Made by a program: the position numbers and the translations under genes. 49,580 nucleotides of DNA from a virus (lineage: Duplodnaviria; Heunggongvirae; Uroviricota; Caudoviricetes). The stretch lies in the IMG/VR virus record IMGVR_UViG_3300033144_005510; one strand, given 5' to 3'. This document shows positions 16,443 to 25,479 of this stretch, piece by piece (the stretch's first letter is position 1; every line of letters starts with the position of its first letter). Below the pieces are notes generated by a model. The model did no database searches. It saw only the letters and a program-made list of their open reading frames with translations, and had not been told where the DNA came from.

Positions 16443-18086
16443 ATGAAAATATACAAAGATGAAGCGAGTATAGATGGTCTTGCAGATAAAATTCTAGCAA
16501 GTACGTCTGTTGCTTACAGTTCCGAAATTCAACCTTGGCTGCCATCAGAAGTTGAGCTATCTCAAAGGAGACAGCTTTCAAAAGCTTTTCAGGTCGCGGC
16601 GGAGATGCATGGACGTTCTGTGGGATCGTCTTTTGATAGTGATTTATATTTTACTAAATCTATTTTAGTAACTACTAATTGGAATAGAAATGATGATGTT
16701 TTTGCTCCAGAACCAGTTTGGTTGGCAAGACATACTCCATCTCATAAACCAACTAATATAGAACATGACGAAACACGTTTGGTGGGCCACATCACTGAAA
16801 CTTGGGCTATTGATGGTGATGGGAATTATATTCCCGACAATACTGTTGTGGACGAGTTGCCTGATCTTTTTCATCTTGCCAATGGCGCTGTTATCTATAA
16901 AAACTGGGAAGATGAAGAGTTGGTTTCTCGCACTAGCGAATTAATTGGAGAGATTGAAGCAGGAAAGAAATTTGTTTCTATGGAGGCGCTATTTAGTAAT
17001 TTCGATTATGCAATAGTTACTCCAGAAAAGCAGTATCATGTAGTGGCTCGTAGCCAAGATACAGCATTTCTCACTAAACATCTTCGAATTTATGGTGGTA
17101 CTGGTGAGTTTGACGGCTGTACTGTAGGTCGTCTGTTAAGAAATATCACATTCTGTGGAAAAGGGTATGTGGACAAACCTGCTAATCCTCATAGTGTAAT
17201 TTTTAATGATTCTAAGTCTAATATGTCATTTAATTATTCTGAAGCGTCGTTAAAAAACCCTTTTAATAAAGAAAGTGGTGTATCAATATTTTGCAGTAAT
17301 AATCCTCTATCTGAAAATAATGCGGAGAATAAATCCATGGCAGATAATTTGTCAGTTGATTTACTCACAAAACAGAACGAGAAAAACGAGACTACTATTG
17401 CATCTCTTCAGGCTAAAGTCGACGAATTGACTAAAGCATCGAGTGAAGCTGGTGTTAAGACTCTTGAAACTCAAGTTTCTGAATTGTCGAGCAAACTAGA
17501 AGCAGCCGAAAAGGCTCGTGATGAAGCAGTCGCTTCTGTAGAAAACTTGACTTCCGAGAAGGAAGAACTTTCCTCGCAGCTTACTGAAGCTAATGAAGCT
17601 AAAGCAACTCTCCAACAGGAAGTTGATGAAGCTAAAGCAGCTAAAGTTATTGCTGATCGTGTTGCTCACCTCGTTGATGGTGGCGTCGAGAAGGAAGTTG
17701 CTGAACTTAAGGTTGAAACTTTCGCATCGCTTAACGATGAGCAGTTCAACTCGGTAGCCGAAGATATTATTGCAGCTGTTGAAGCTGGTAAGATGTATGA
17801 CGGCAAGAAAAAAGAAGATGAAGAAGCTGAAGCTGAAGACAAAAAAGAAGAAGAAGAGAAAAAGGATGCCGAAGCATCTGAAGATATTACTGAAGATCCC
17901 GCCGAAGCATCGGCAGATGAAGCAGTTATCGAAGAAGCAGACGCTACTGAAGCAGAAGAAGAACCTGTTTTGAGTGCAGAAGCATCCGATGATGCAAGTG
18001 ACACAGAGTCACTCCGTGAAGAACTTCGTTCGGCCTTGGCTAGTCGTCTTGGTTATGAAGTTGAAGAAACTAAAGAAAGCGAATAA
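16443..18086 (+). CDS. prohead protease fused to coiled-coil scaffold
   Basis: N-terminal globular domain (NWNRNDDVF, VGHI, FVSMEA, GKGYVDKPANP) then heptad-rich acidic C-terminal half; between portal and MCP. Confidence 0.75.
   Translation: MKIYKDEASIDGLADKILASTSVAYSSEIQPWLPSEVELSQRRQLSKAFQVAAEMHGRSVGSSFDSDLYFTKSILVTTNWNRNDDVFAPEPVWLARHTPSHKPTNIEHDETRLVGHITETWAIDGDGNYIPDNTVVDELPDLFHLANGAVIYKNWEDEELVSRTSELIGEIEAGKKFVSMEALFSNFDYAIVTPEKQYHVVARSQDTAFLTKHLRIYGGTGEFDGCTVGRLLRNITFCGKGYVDKPANPHSVIFNDSKSNMSFNYSEASLKNPFNKESGVSIFCSNNPLSENNAENKSMADNLSVDLLTKQNEKNETTIASLQAKVDELTKASSEAGVKTLETQVSELSSKLEAAEKARDEAVASVENLTSEKEELSSQLTEANEAKATLQQEVDEAKAAKVIADRVAHLVDGGVEKEVAELKVETFASLNDEQFNSVAEDIIAAVEAGKMYDGKKKEDEEAEAEDKKEEEEKKDAEASEDITEDPAEASADEAVIEEADATEAEEEPVLSAEASDDASDTESLREELRSALASRLGYEVEETKESE
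17337..18086 (+). CDS. putative nested in-frame scaffold-only product
   Basis: In-frame ATG at 17337 (MADNLSVDLL...) with GGAG 9 nt upstream, exactly where the coiled coil begins. Confidence 0.5.
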   Translation: MADNLSVDLLTKQNEKNETTIASLQAKVDELTKASSEAGVKTLETQVSELSSKLEAAEKARDEAVASVENLTSEKEELSSQLTEANEAKATLQQEVDEAKAAKVIADRVAHLVDGGVEKEVAELKVETFASLNDEQFNSVAEDIIAAVEAGKMYDGKKKEDEEAEAEDKKEEEEKKDAEASEDITEDPAEASADEAVIEEADATEAEEEPVLSAEASDDASDTESLREELRSALASRLGYEVEETKESE

Positions 18087-18122
18087 TTTTTATAAATAAA
18101 AATAAATGGGAGATATTCCAAA

Positions 18123-18575
18123 ATGGCTCTTAAACCAGATCGTATCGAACTTGCTGATGGTTCGCGAATCAAGTACTTCATGAACGTTGTTTCCGAGCGT
18201 GGTTGCATCGTTAATTTCGGCGCTACAAGTGGCGAAGGTATGGATGATCCTGATTCCGTCGTCGCACTTCCCACTGGTCCTTCGGGTACACCCGCAGGCG
18301 TTCTCATGAACGACGTTGTTAATCTTAACCTTACTCGTCAACACTTGAATCAGCACGTAGACGAAGTACAGATCGGTAATAAAGTCGATCTTCTCGTTCG
18401 TGGTGTTATCAGAACTAATTCGTTGAAGAGTGGCGACACACCAAATGCTGGTGATCCCGCTCACTATGATGCGAATGGCGAATTCACAACAACTACGACT
18501 TCGGATCAAGTTGGTCGTTTTATCAGCAATGCTGATGATGATGGCTATGTTGAGATCGAAATCAACATCGGTTAA
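18123..18575 (+). CDS. head decoration / cement protein
   Basis: 150-aa beta-rich protein immediately before MCP with GGAG SD; function from synteny. Confidence 0.65.
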   Translation: MALKPDRIELADGSRIKYFMNVVSERGCIVNFGATSGEGMDDPDSVVALPTGPSGTPAGVLMNDVVNLNLTRQHLNQHVDEVQIGNKVDLLVRGVIRTNSLKSGDTPNAGDPAHYDANGEFTTTTTSDQVGRFISNADDDGYVEIEINIG

Positions 18576-18617
18576 TTTTAAATTTTCAATTTTTTTATAT
18601 ATGGAGTTTCTTAAACA

Positions 18618-19631
18618 ATGGCTAATACAACAAAGCTATTTCAGCCATCAGAACGATTGAACAGCTTGCTTCGTGCATCTGGTTCGTTCAAGAAAGAGGA
18701 ATCCCTTGCTGCAACACAAGAGCTTGCAAAGGCTCTCGAATTGCCGCTCCGTCAGGGCATCCTTAATGGCAATATTCTGGACGGCATCTTTGAAGTCATC
18801 CAACTTGATTCCAATGCTACCCCCGAATTTCCCCTAGATTTCTTGGCACCTGGAACCGAGAAGGAATTCGTTGCTTACTCGATTCCTAATCATGGTTACA
18901 TTCCTCAACGTCACGTTGAAGGTGACTATGTTATGGTTCCCGTTTATGATGTTGGTGCAAGCATCGACTGGAATTTGAAGTACGCTCGTGACGCCCGCTG
19001 GGATGTTGTTGGTCGTGCAATGGAAGTTCTTGAAGCTTCCTTTACCAAGAAGTGGAATGATGATGGGTGGCACACACTCATTACCGCCGCTGCTGATCGT
19101 AACATCGTTGTCCTCGACAGTGATGCTGCTGCTGGTCAGTTCACCAAGCGACTCGTCAGCCTCATGAAGGTTGTTATGCGTCGTAATGGTGGTGGTAACT
19201 CGACTTCCAACAATCGTGGCGCTTTGACCGATCTCTACGTTTCGCCTGAAGCTATGGAAGATATCCGTAACTGGAACGTTGATCAGGTTGACGAAGTTAC
19301 TCGTCGTGAGATTTTCGTCGCTGATGGCGACAATGCAATGAACCGAATCTTCGGTGTTAACTTGCACACTCTCGATGAACTTGGTGAAGGCCAAGAGTAC
19401 CAGTTGTTCTATGATAATGAGCTTGGTGGCGCATTGCCAGCTGGCGACGTAGAACTCGTTGTTGGTCTCGACCTTCGTCGTCGCGACAGCTTTGTTATGC
19501 CAGTTCGCCAAGAACTTAGCATCTTCGAAGACGATACTCTTCATCGTCAACGTCGTGCTGGCCTCTACGGCTGGGCAGAGCAAGGTTTTGCAGCACTTGA
19601 TAACCGTCGCGTTATCTTGGGTTCGCTGTAA
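18618..19631 (+). CDS. major capsid protein
   Basis: 337 aa, GGAG SD, biased codon use, followed by a strong terminator; ends with HK97-fold-like RQRRAGLYGWAEQGFAALDNRRVILGS. Confidence 0.85.
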   Translation: MANTTKLFQPSERLNSLLRASGSFKKEESLAATQELAKALELPLRQGILNGNILDGIFEVIQLDSNATPEFPLDFLAPGTEKEFVAYSIPNHGYIPQRHVEGDYVMVPVYDVGASIDWNLKYARDARWDVVGRAMEVLEASFTKKWNDDGWHTLITAAADRNIVVLDSDAAAGQFTKRLVSLMKVVMRRNGGGNSTSNNRGALTDLYVSPEAMEDIRNWNVDQVDEVTRREIFVADGDNAMNRIFGVNLHTLDELGEGQEYQLFYDNELGGALPAGDVELVVGLDLRRRDSFVMPVRQELSIFEDDTLHRQRRAGLYGWAEQGFAALDNRRVILGSL

Positions 19632-19655
19632 GAAACCTGTTGTTTAAATAATTTG

Positions 19656-19689
19656 AGCCTGTGGCGGCCCCGCTGCCGCAGGCTTTTTT
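19656..19689 (+). terminator. intrinsic terminator after MCP
   Basis: AGCCTGTGGCGG/CTGCCGCAGGCT stem followed by TTTTT. Confidence 0.85.
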
Positions 19690-19708
19690 ATTAACTTTAG
19701 GGAATACG

Positions 19709-20122
19709 ATGATTACGATTTGCACCAAATGGGAACACTTACAAATGGCTCCAGAATTAGAATGGAGTATGTGGAGACAGCTTAAAGGTGCTTTTAATAT
19801 AGATAAATTTATTTTTTCCCCTGTTATAGAGAATATGAAATCGTGTCCTATATCCCAATATGACACAATGGAAGAGGCTCTTTCATCTTGTGTTGGCAGG
19901 TTGGTGTTTTTAGAACCTTGGGCGAAAAGATCATTGTCAGAAGTCCCGCAAATTGACGAAGAGCCAGATATTTGTTTTGTTCTTTCAAATACTTCACAGT
20001 CAAATCAAAAATTTGTTGATAATAATGATTACCGTATAAGGACTCCTAAAAACACAGATCTATATGGCATTAATGCTGCTGCTATAGCTCTTTCACATTA
20101 TCACAGGGTTTTTGAAGAATGA
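19709..20122 (+). CDS. SPOUT (SpoU/TrmH)-like methyltransferase-fold protein, degenerate
   Basis: Start refined to ATG 19709; VFLEP...ICFVLSNT...YRIRTPKNTDLYGINAAAIALSHY mirrors the SpoU C-terminal pattern but lacks the usual GxExxG. Confidence 0.45.
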   Translation: MITICTKWEHLQMAPELEWSMWRQLKGAFNIDKFIFSPVIENMKSCPISQYDTMEEALSSCVGRLVFLEPWAKRSLSEVPQIDEEPDICFVLSNTSQSNQKFVDNNDYRIRTPKNTDLYGINAAAIALSHYHRVFEE

Positions 20123-22266
20123 GTGTAGATAATAGAACACAATTACAAGATTGTGACGGATATGCTACCGATAACTGGACTGCTGCTGCTCAAGGTGGTC
20201 AAAATACTACAGTTGGTCAGTATTATGAAGGTACTGGTTCTGTAGAATCCCAGCATTCTAATGCGAGTGAAGAAACGTGGACAAACAATGATTTAAATGC
20301 TGCTACGTTTAATATAGATATGAGTGATTCCACTATATATTTATTAATTAAGGATAATTTAATTGATACTTATGCTAATGGTGGTACAGAGATCATTATA
20401 GGTGATGGTACTGATAGAATCGGTTATGCTGTTGGTGGTAATGATGCTATTGGTCTAGTACTCAAAACTGGATTTTCTTCGGTTAGACTGGATGTATCCG
20501 AAGTAGTAACTACGCCTGGAACTTTTACGGCTTACGCAGGAAGCGAAGCCAACCTCGCACAAACCGCAATCACTCAAATAGGCTATGGTTCTCTTCACCT
20601 AGCTAAAGCTGTTGGTAACGTACCAAACGTGTTTATTGATAGTATTCAATATATAGCAAATGGTAGTTATGCATTAACTATTAATGGTGGTACAGTAGGA
20701 ACTCCCGAAACCATGGCTGATGTCGCGGCTGACGACGTTACTAATGGTTGGGGCATGATAGGGAATCCTCTTGGTTCTCAATATCAATTTGGGGCTCCTT
20801 GTGAATGGGGTAATTCTGCCGCCACCGCTGACACATATTTTTCAGGTCAGAATGAACAATGGTTTTTCCTTGGTAATAATGCTGGTGGTAGAGCTATTGG
20901 GGCAAATAATTTTCCGTTTAGGGTCACTGGTAATGGTACTGATACAACTAGTTTTGTATTAACTAATGTCTCTATCGTTAATGTTGGTACTCGCGCTCAG
21001 TTTGATATGAGTAATGTTGATACCACAATACTAGAATTTACCAGTTGTTCTTTTTCTGATCTTGGTACGATAACGCTGCAAGCAGATGACGCAAGCGGAG
21101 ATAAGTTTTTTAATAATTGCACGTTTTCTAACTGCGATAAAATTCTTGCTGACAGTTTTCCAATGGACACAATAACTTTTAATGGGTCCAATGATGCGGA
21201 TGGAGCAATACTTGTAACTGAAGCTCAAGATACTACAGCAGGAAGTGCGGGAACTCAGAAGAATTTGGTGTTTAATAGTGATGGAACTGGACATGCAATA
21301 CATATAAGACCTACTGGAGCTGGACCATTTGAATTTACTTTTGACAATTGGACATTTAATGATTATGCAGATGATCTTGGAACTGCTGCTAACCGAGTAA
21401 TTTATGTTAATCCAGTTACTTCAACAGCTGATATTACTATTAATATCATTAATGATGGAGATACTCCCTCGGTAGATGACACTGGGTATACGGGTACTTT
21501 AACTATTAATAATTCGGTTACTGTTGAGGTTGAGGGTTTTGGTACTAGTGGCGCTGCTGTAAAGGTTATTGCTGATGCTACAGTCGGAAGCGTTACAGAA
21601 GGAGATACATTAGCGGAAGGTTTCGCTGATATAACCAATGGGTCATACAGCTTTGTTCAGAATTATGAAGGGGATTTAGACGTTATAGTTAGGGCTAGAG
21701 GGCAGGGAAATGCCCGCTTTTGTGCCAGTAGACGAGCTGGATCAGGTATAATTAGTAATACTACGGAATTTAATAGTTCTACTACAGATGATGTTCAATT
21801 TTGGTTTGGTGGTACTGCTGCGGCACTTGATGATTTTTACTTTGCTCACGGTGATCAATTTAGTAAAATCTGGATTGAAATGTCGCAACCAGGAGTTGGT
21901 ACTTGGGATCTTGTTTGGAGATATTACCAAGGAGGTGGATTCTTCAACAATGGAAATTGGGCAGATATTCCAAATGTTACAGATGGAACAAATGAATTAA
22001 CACAAAACGGTGTTGTAGAATGGGATCTAGCAGATTTGACTGGATGGACACAGGAACCTATTACGGGCATTGGTCTTCTTTGGCCTATTAAGTTTAGATT
22101 AAATTCTTTTACTAGCACAACAACAGAACCTCTTGGAAAATGGGGTAGATTAGACACACAAAGGTATTTGCCTTTCACACAAAACAGAACAATTGAATCC
22201 ACTGGCTTAACAGTCGTTGCCAACTGGATTGAGGATAATATATCAGAATTTTCAACTAATTTTTAA
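20119..22266 (+). CDS. accessory virion protein (715 aa) with beta-helix-like middle and C-terminal beta-sandwich
   Basis: G/T/S/N-rich, FTSCSFS/FNNCTFS rungs, C-terminal YLPFTQNRTIESTGLTVVANWIED. Confidence 0.65.
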   Translation: MSVDNRTQLQDCDGYATDNWTAAAQGGQNTTVGQYYEGTGSVESQHSNASEETWTNNDLNAATFNIDMSDSTIYLLIKDNLIDTYANGGTEIIIGDGTDRIGYAVGGNDAIGLVLKTGFSSVRLDVSEVVTTPGTFTAYAGSEANLAQTAITQIGYGSLHLAKAVGNVPNVFIDSIQYIANGSYALTINGGTVGTPETMADVAADDVTNGWGMIGNPLGSQYQFGAPCEWGNSAATADTYFSGQNEQWFFLGNNAGGRAIGANNFPFRVTGNGTDTTSFVLTNVSIVNVGTRAQFDMSNVDTTILEFTSCSFSDLGTITLQADDASGDKFFNNCTFSNCDKILADSFPMDTITFNGSNDADGAILVTEAQDTTAGSAGTQKNLVFNSDGTGHAIHIRPTGAGPFEFTFDNWTFNDYADDLGTAANRVIYVNPVTSTADITINIINDGDTPSVDDTGYTGTLTINNSVTVEVEGFGTSGAAVKVIADATVGSVTEGDTLAEGFADITNGSYSFVQNYEGDLDVIVRARGQGNARFCASRRAGSGIISNTTEFNSSTTDDVQFWFGGTAAALDDFYFAHGDQFSKIWIEMSQPGVGTWDLVWRYYQGGGFFNNGNWADIPNVTDGTNELTQNGVVEWDLADLTGWTQEPITGIGLLWPIKFRLNSFTSTTTEPLGKWGRLDTQRYLPFTQNRTIESTGLTVVANWIEDNISEFSTNF

Positions 22267-22302
22267 TTTATGATTAATATTCTTTCTAGGGGAGAATAAA
22301 AA

Positions 22303-24888
22303 ATGACTAAAATCGTACTTCCTGGTCTTAACGACGAGTGGATTATGGAACTTGATGACGAGACCAATGACGCAGCAGCTGTTGCTGGTCTTAGACAAGT
22401 TCGTATTGATCCTTCTTTCGTCGGTACTCCAAGTGTTATCACAACCCGTGCTTTGTATTCGGCTGTTGCTGACGCAATGGACGATTTCATTGCTATGGGT
22501 TTTCGTAATGCTATGCTTCCTACGACGCCGAACGCTTTCACGATGGAGAACTGGTATTTTATTCCTCGTTCTTCAACTGAATATCTTAAAGAAGGTGCTA
22601 TTACCGCAGCCTGGACAGCTGCTGCTACTACAAGAACTGGCGACGGTGTTTTAAAGGTTGGTTATGTCGTCGGCGGTGGTACTGATTTCGCTACTTCCGA
22701 TATTGGTAAGCGAATTACTCAAAGTGGTACTGGCGATACTGGAACCCTGCTTGACTTTGATCAAGATCCTGATGGAAGCTTAATTGCTTGGATTCGTCCA
22801 GAAGTTCCAAACGAAGATCTTTTTGATGGAACTGGTGCTTTGAGTATTACTAATGGAAGTGCTGGACCTAACACTAGTGTAGCCGCTATTTCTGGTACAA
22901 CTCAATGGTCTGCAATTCAGGCGATTGGTGCCGTTCCAAGTGCAACAGAAGTTTATATTTATCAAGATCGTATTAAGCTTCCCGATAGCACTGGTGGTTT
23001 CCAGTGGTGGGCTACTGATCCTGATGTTTCTCTTGGTATTATTTCGATTCTTGTCCAGGTTCAGAACTCTGGCGTAACAATCGCAGACGGCGACGTGGAA
23101 GTCTTCGCGCGAAGATATACATCTTTGTACGATAATTTCCGTCTTAACGTTGCTGCTGGTGGTTTCTCTGCACTTCCGTTGGCTTCTGCTCCAGATATTA
23201 ATAACACTACAGGTTATGCAACCTTAAATGTTACTGGTGCTACTGCGGATGTATGGGAAGTTGGAAATGGTATTTTCAGTACCACTGGTGGTGGTAGTAC
23301 ATGGGCAGATGCCGCTTCAAAAGGTGTTATTACCAACGTTGTTAATCCTTCTACAACTACACCCACTATCGAGTATTACCTTGTTGGTGACTTGACCGAC
23401 TTTAGTAATGCTGATGTTTTGCAAGAGTATGATTTTGATACTGCTGCTAATGATGATGGTGACGGTAGTGTTAATGGCGCTCCTGGTGATACTAGTGGTG
23501 GTCCCAAAGATGCTGGCGCTGGTGAAGGTGGTACTGTTACATTAGCTCTTGGTGGATTTCTTGTCGACCATGATGAAGAAACTGGTCCAGAGCCTTATTC
23601 TGTTCAGTTTGATTGCCAAGGTAATGTTCCAATCGCCAAGGTTTATGAAAGAATCAAGTATATCACACGCCGTGGTGCTGATGAAAACGATCTTTTTGGT
23701 GCTGGTGTAAATATTCCTGGTGAATCTTACCGTGGTTTGGACGGTGTTATCGAATACACTAATGCTAGTGGTTCATTCACTGAAGGTGATGATATTACAG
23801 TAACAGCAGGAACTTGGACAGCTCGTCTCCTGCACGACAATACTACTAATTCGCCAACCTATTTCTCAACTACTGATCAGCAAACATCTCTTGATTCTCT
23901 CTCTGATGGTGATAGAGTTGAAGATGAAGGCGGTGCTGGTGATTCTGTTGAAGTAAATACTGGCACTTTAGGTATTAATAACTTTACTTCTCCTAAAGCA
24001 AGTCCATTTGGAACCTTTACGGGTTCACAGATCTTCGGTGCTCGCGGAGTTTCATATATTAACTTTAATACTGGTGATGAGCAGTCTTATATTCTTACGG
24101 ACGATCTTGGTACTCTGAGAACTCCTCCGAATACTGTTTCGTTTACCGTTACGAATACCGCTGCATCGGACAGAATCCTTGTAGCTCGCGATACTGGTAC
24201 TGCTGGTATCATTAATAAAGATCAGTTTGGTGGAATGCACGATCTTTCAGCTTCAAATTATAACGCCAAGCAGACTGAAGTTGTTAAAGCTTCTGGTACT
24301 GTCGACGTTGAGGTTCCACAGGTTGGTTACGTCAGAATTGTCGAGACAACTAAAGAACAAGAGCATAAGTATGAGTATTCGTCTAGAACTACTGGTAGTG
24401 CTGGAGAATTTACTTTAATTCAACCTATTGATGGGCCAAGAACAGCTGGTGCTAGTACTACTACAACACTGCTTGATGATTCTGCTGTTGACTTTGCTAC
24501 ATCTGGTGTTAATCCAGGTATGCTTGTATTAGTTCCAGCCAAAGATGAGTACTATGAGATTGTTAGTGCTTCTAATGGAAGTTGTGTTATTGCTGAAGTA
24601 CATGACACTGTTGGTGCTGGTACTTTCACAAATGGTGATAGTTATGAAATCAATGTTTTGATTCAAGATTATGCCACTACTGATAATCTTTATGACTTGA
24701 TTATTGATGCTGAGGCTACAACAACCTCGATTAATAATACATTTACTAAGCAGACTGGTGCAGACTTTGATGTTGTAGTAAATGTGCGTCAAGGTAAGGT
24801 TATTCTTCCTTTTACGCTAAATCAGACTCAGGGCGATGGTAACACGACGGTTACGGTTGTGCGTCAGCCTGATACGATTGCTCAATAA
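22303..24888 (+). CDS. accessory virion protein (861 aa)
   Basis: GGGGAG SD; G/T/D-rich multi-domain beta protein with C-terminal VILPFTLNQTQGDGNTTVTVVRQPD related to the previous gene. Confidence 0.65.
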   Translation: MTKIVLPGLNDEWIMELDDETNDAAAVAGLRQVRIDPSFVGTPSVITTRALYSAVADAMDDFIAMGFRNAMLPTTPNAFTMENWYFIPRSSTEYLKEGAITAAWTAAATTRTGDGVLKVGYVVGGGTDFATSDIGKRITQSGTGDTGTLLDFDQDPDGSLIAWIRPEVPNEDLFDGTGALSITNGSAGPNTSVAAISGTTQWSAIQAIGAVPSATEVYIYQDRIKLPDSTGGFQWWATDPDVSLGIISILVQVQNSGVTIADGDVEVFARRYTSLYDNFRLNVAAGGFSALPLASAPDINNTTGYATLNVTGATADVWEVGNGIFSTTGGGSTWADAASKGVITNVVNPSTTTPTIEYYLVGDLTDFSNADVLQEYDFDTAANDDGDGSVNGAPGDTSGGPKDAGAGEGGTVTLALGGFLVDHDEETGPEPYSVQFDCQGNVPIAKVYERIKYITRRGADENDLFGAGVNIPGESYRGLDGVIEYTNASGSFTEGDDITVTAGTWTARLLHDNTTNSPTYFSTTDQQTSLDSLSDGDRVEDEGGAGDSVEVNTGTLGINNFTSPKASPFGTFTGSQIFGARGVSYINFNTGDEQSYILTDDLGTLRTPPNTVSFTVTNTAASDRILVARDTGTAGIINKDQFGGMHDLSASNYNAKQTEVVKASGTVDVEVPQVGYVRIVETTKEQEHKYEYSSRTTGSAGEFTLIQPIDGPRTAGASTTTTLLDDSAVDFATSGVNPGMLVLVPAKDEYYEIVSASNGSCVIAEVHDTVGAGTFTNGDSYEINVLIQDYATTDNLYDLIIDAEATTTSINNTFTKQTGADFDVVVNVRQGKVILPFTLNQTQGDGNTTVTVVRQPDTIAQ

Positions 24889-24919
24889 TTAATTTAAAAA
24901 AAGAAAGGACAAATAGGAA

Positions 24920-25453
24920 ATGAAAGATAATAATATTGGAAAAACAGGCGTAGATTCACTTAGAGTTGACGGAATGCAAATCGGTAATCTCCCCCTTGGT
25001 CAAGGAAATGAGGCCAAGGAGGGATTAGCCGAGTTCTTGAAATCAGATCGAGAAACTAAAAGAAGCAATATTGCTGCTAAATTCCCTAAACATAACGTGA
25101 AATTTCTACAGAGCCAAATCAAGGAGTGCGAAGGAAATATTAAAAAGATTAAAAATTTCAAGCAGGATCTAAAACAGAAGATTGGTGAGTACAGACTTTT
25201 GATTAAAGAAGTTACTTTGGCTGATCAGCAAATTAAAGAATTAGATCCTGAAGAGCATAAAGAACAGATTAAAAATATTAGAAGAAAAACTCCTCCTTAT
25301 AATATTGAAGCTTTAAATCAACAAATTGAGCAATTTGAAGAAGCGATTGAGCGATGTGATTCTACCATAGAAAAGGATTATGATAGCATCAGTGAGATTA
25401 GAGAAGTTCTAGCTCTTGCGGAACAAAGAGATAAAGAATTAAGAAATACATAA
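24920..25453 (+). CDS. coiled-coil protein (possible assembly chaperone)
   Basis: K/E/Q-rich heptads, unlike the flanking G/T-rich genes. Confidence 0.6.
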   Translation: MKDNNIGKTGVDSLRVDGMQIGNLPLGQGNEAKEGLAEFLKSDRETKRSNIAAKFPKHNVKFLQSQIKECEGNIKKIKNFKQDLKQKIGEYRLLIKEVTLADQQIKELDPEEHKEQIKNIRRKTPPYNIEALNQQIEQFEEAIERCDSTIEKDYDSISEIREVLALAEQRDKELRNT

Positions 25454-25479
25454 AAATAATATAATAAGAGGTGTTATAG

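Noticed and set aside
18834-19583. 249-aa minus-strand ORF opposite the MCP, and similar antisense or alternate-frame ORFs throughout the track (e.g. 42763-43398, 9391-9801, 17666-18004)
   Set aside because: They lie wholly opposite or inside well-supported genes, lack SDs and recognisable motifs, and are expected shadows of biased codon use.
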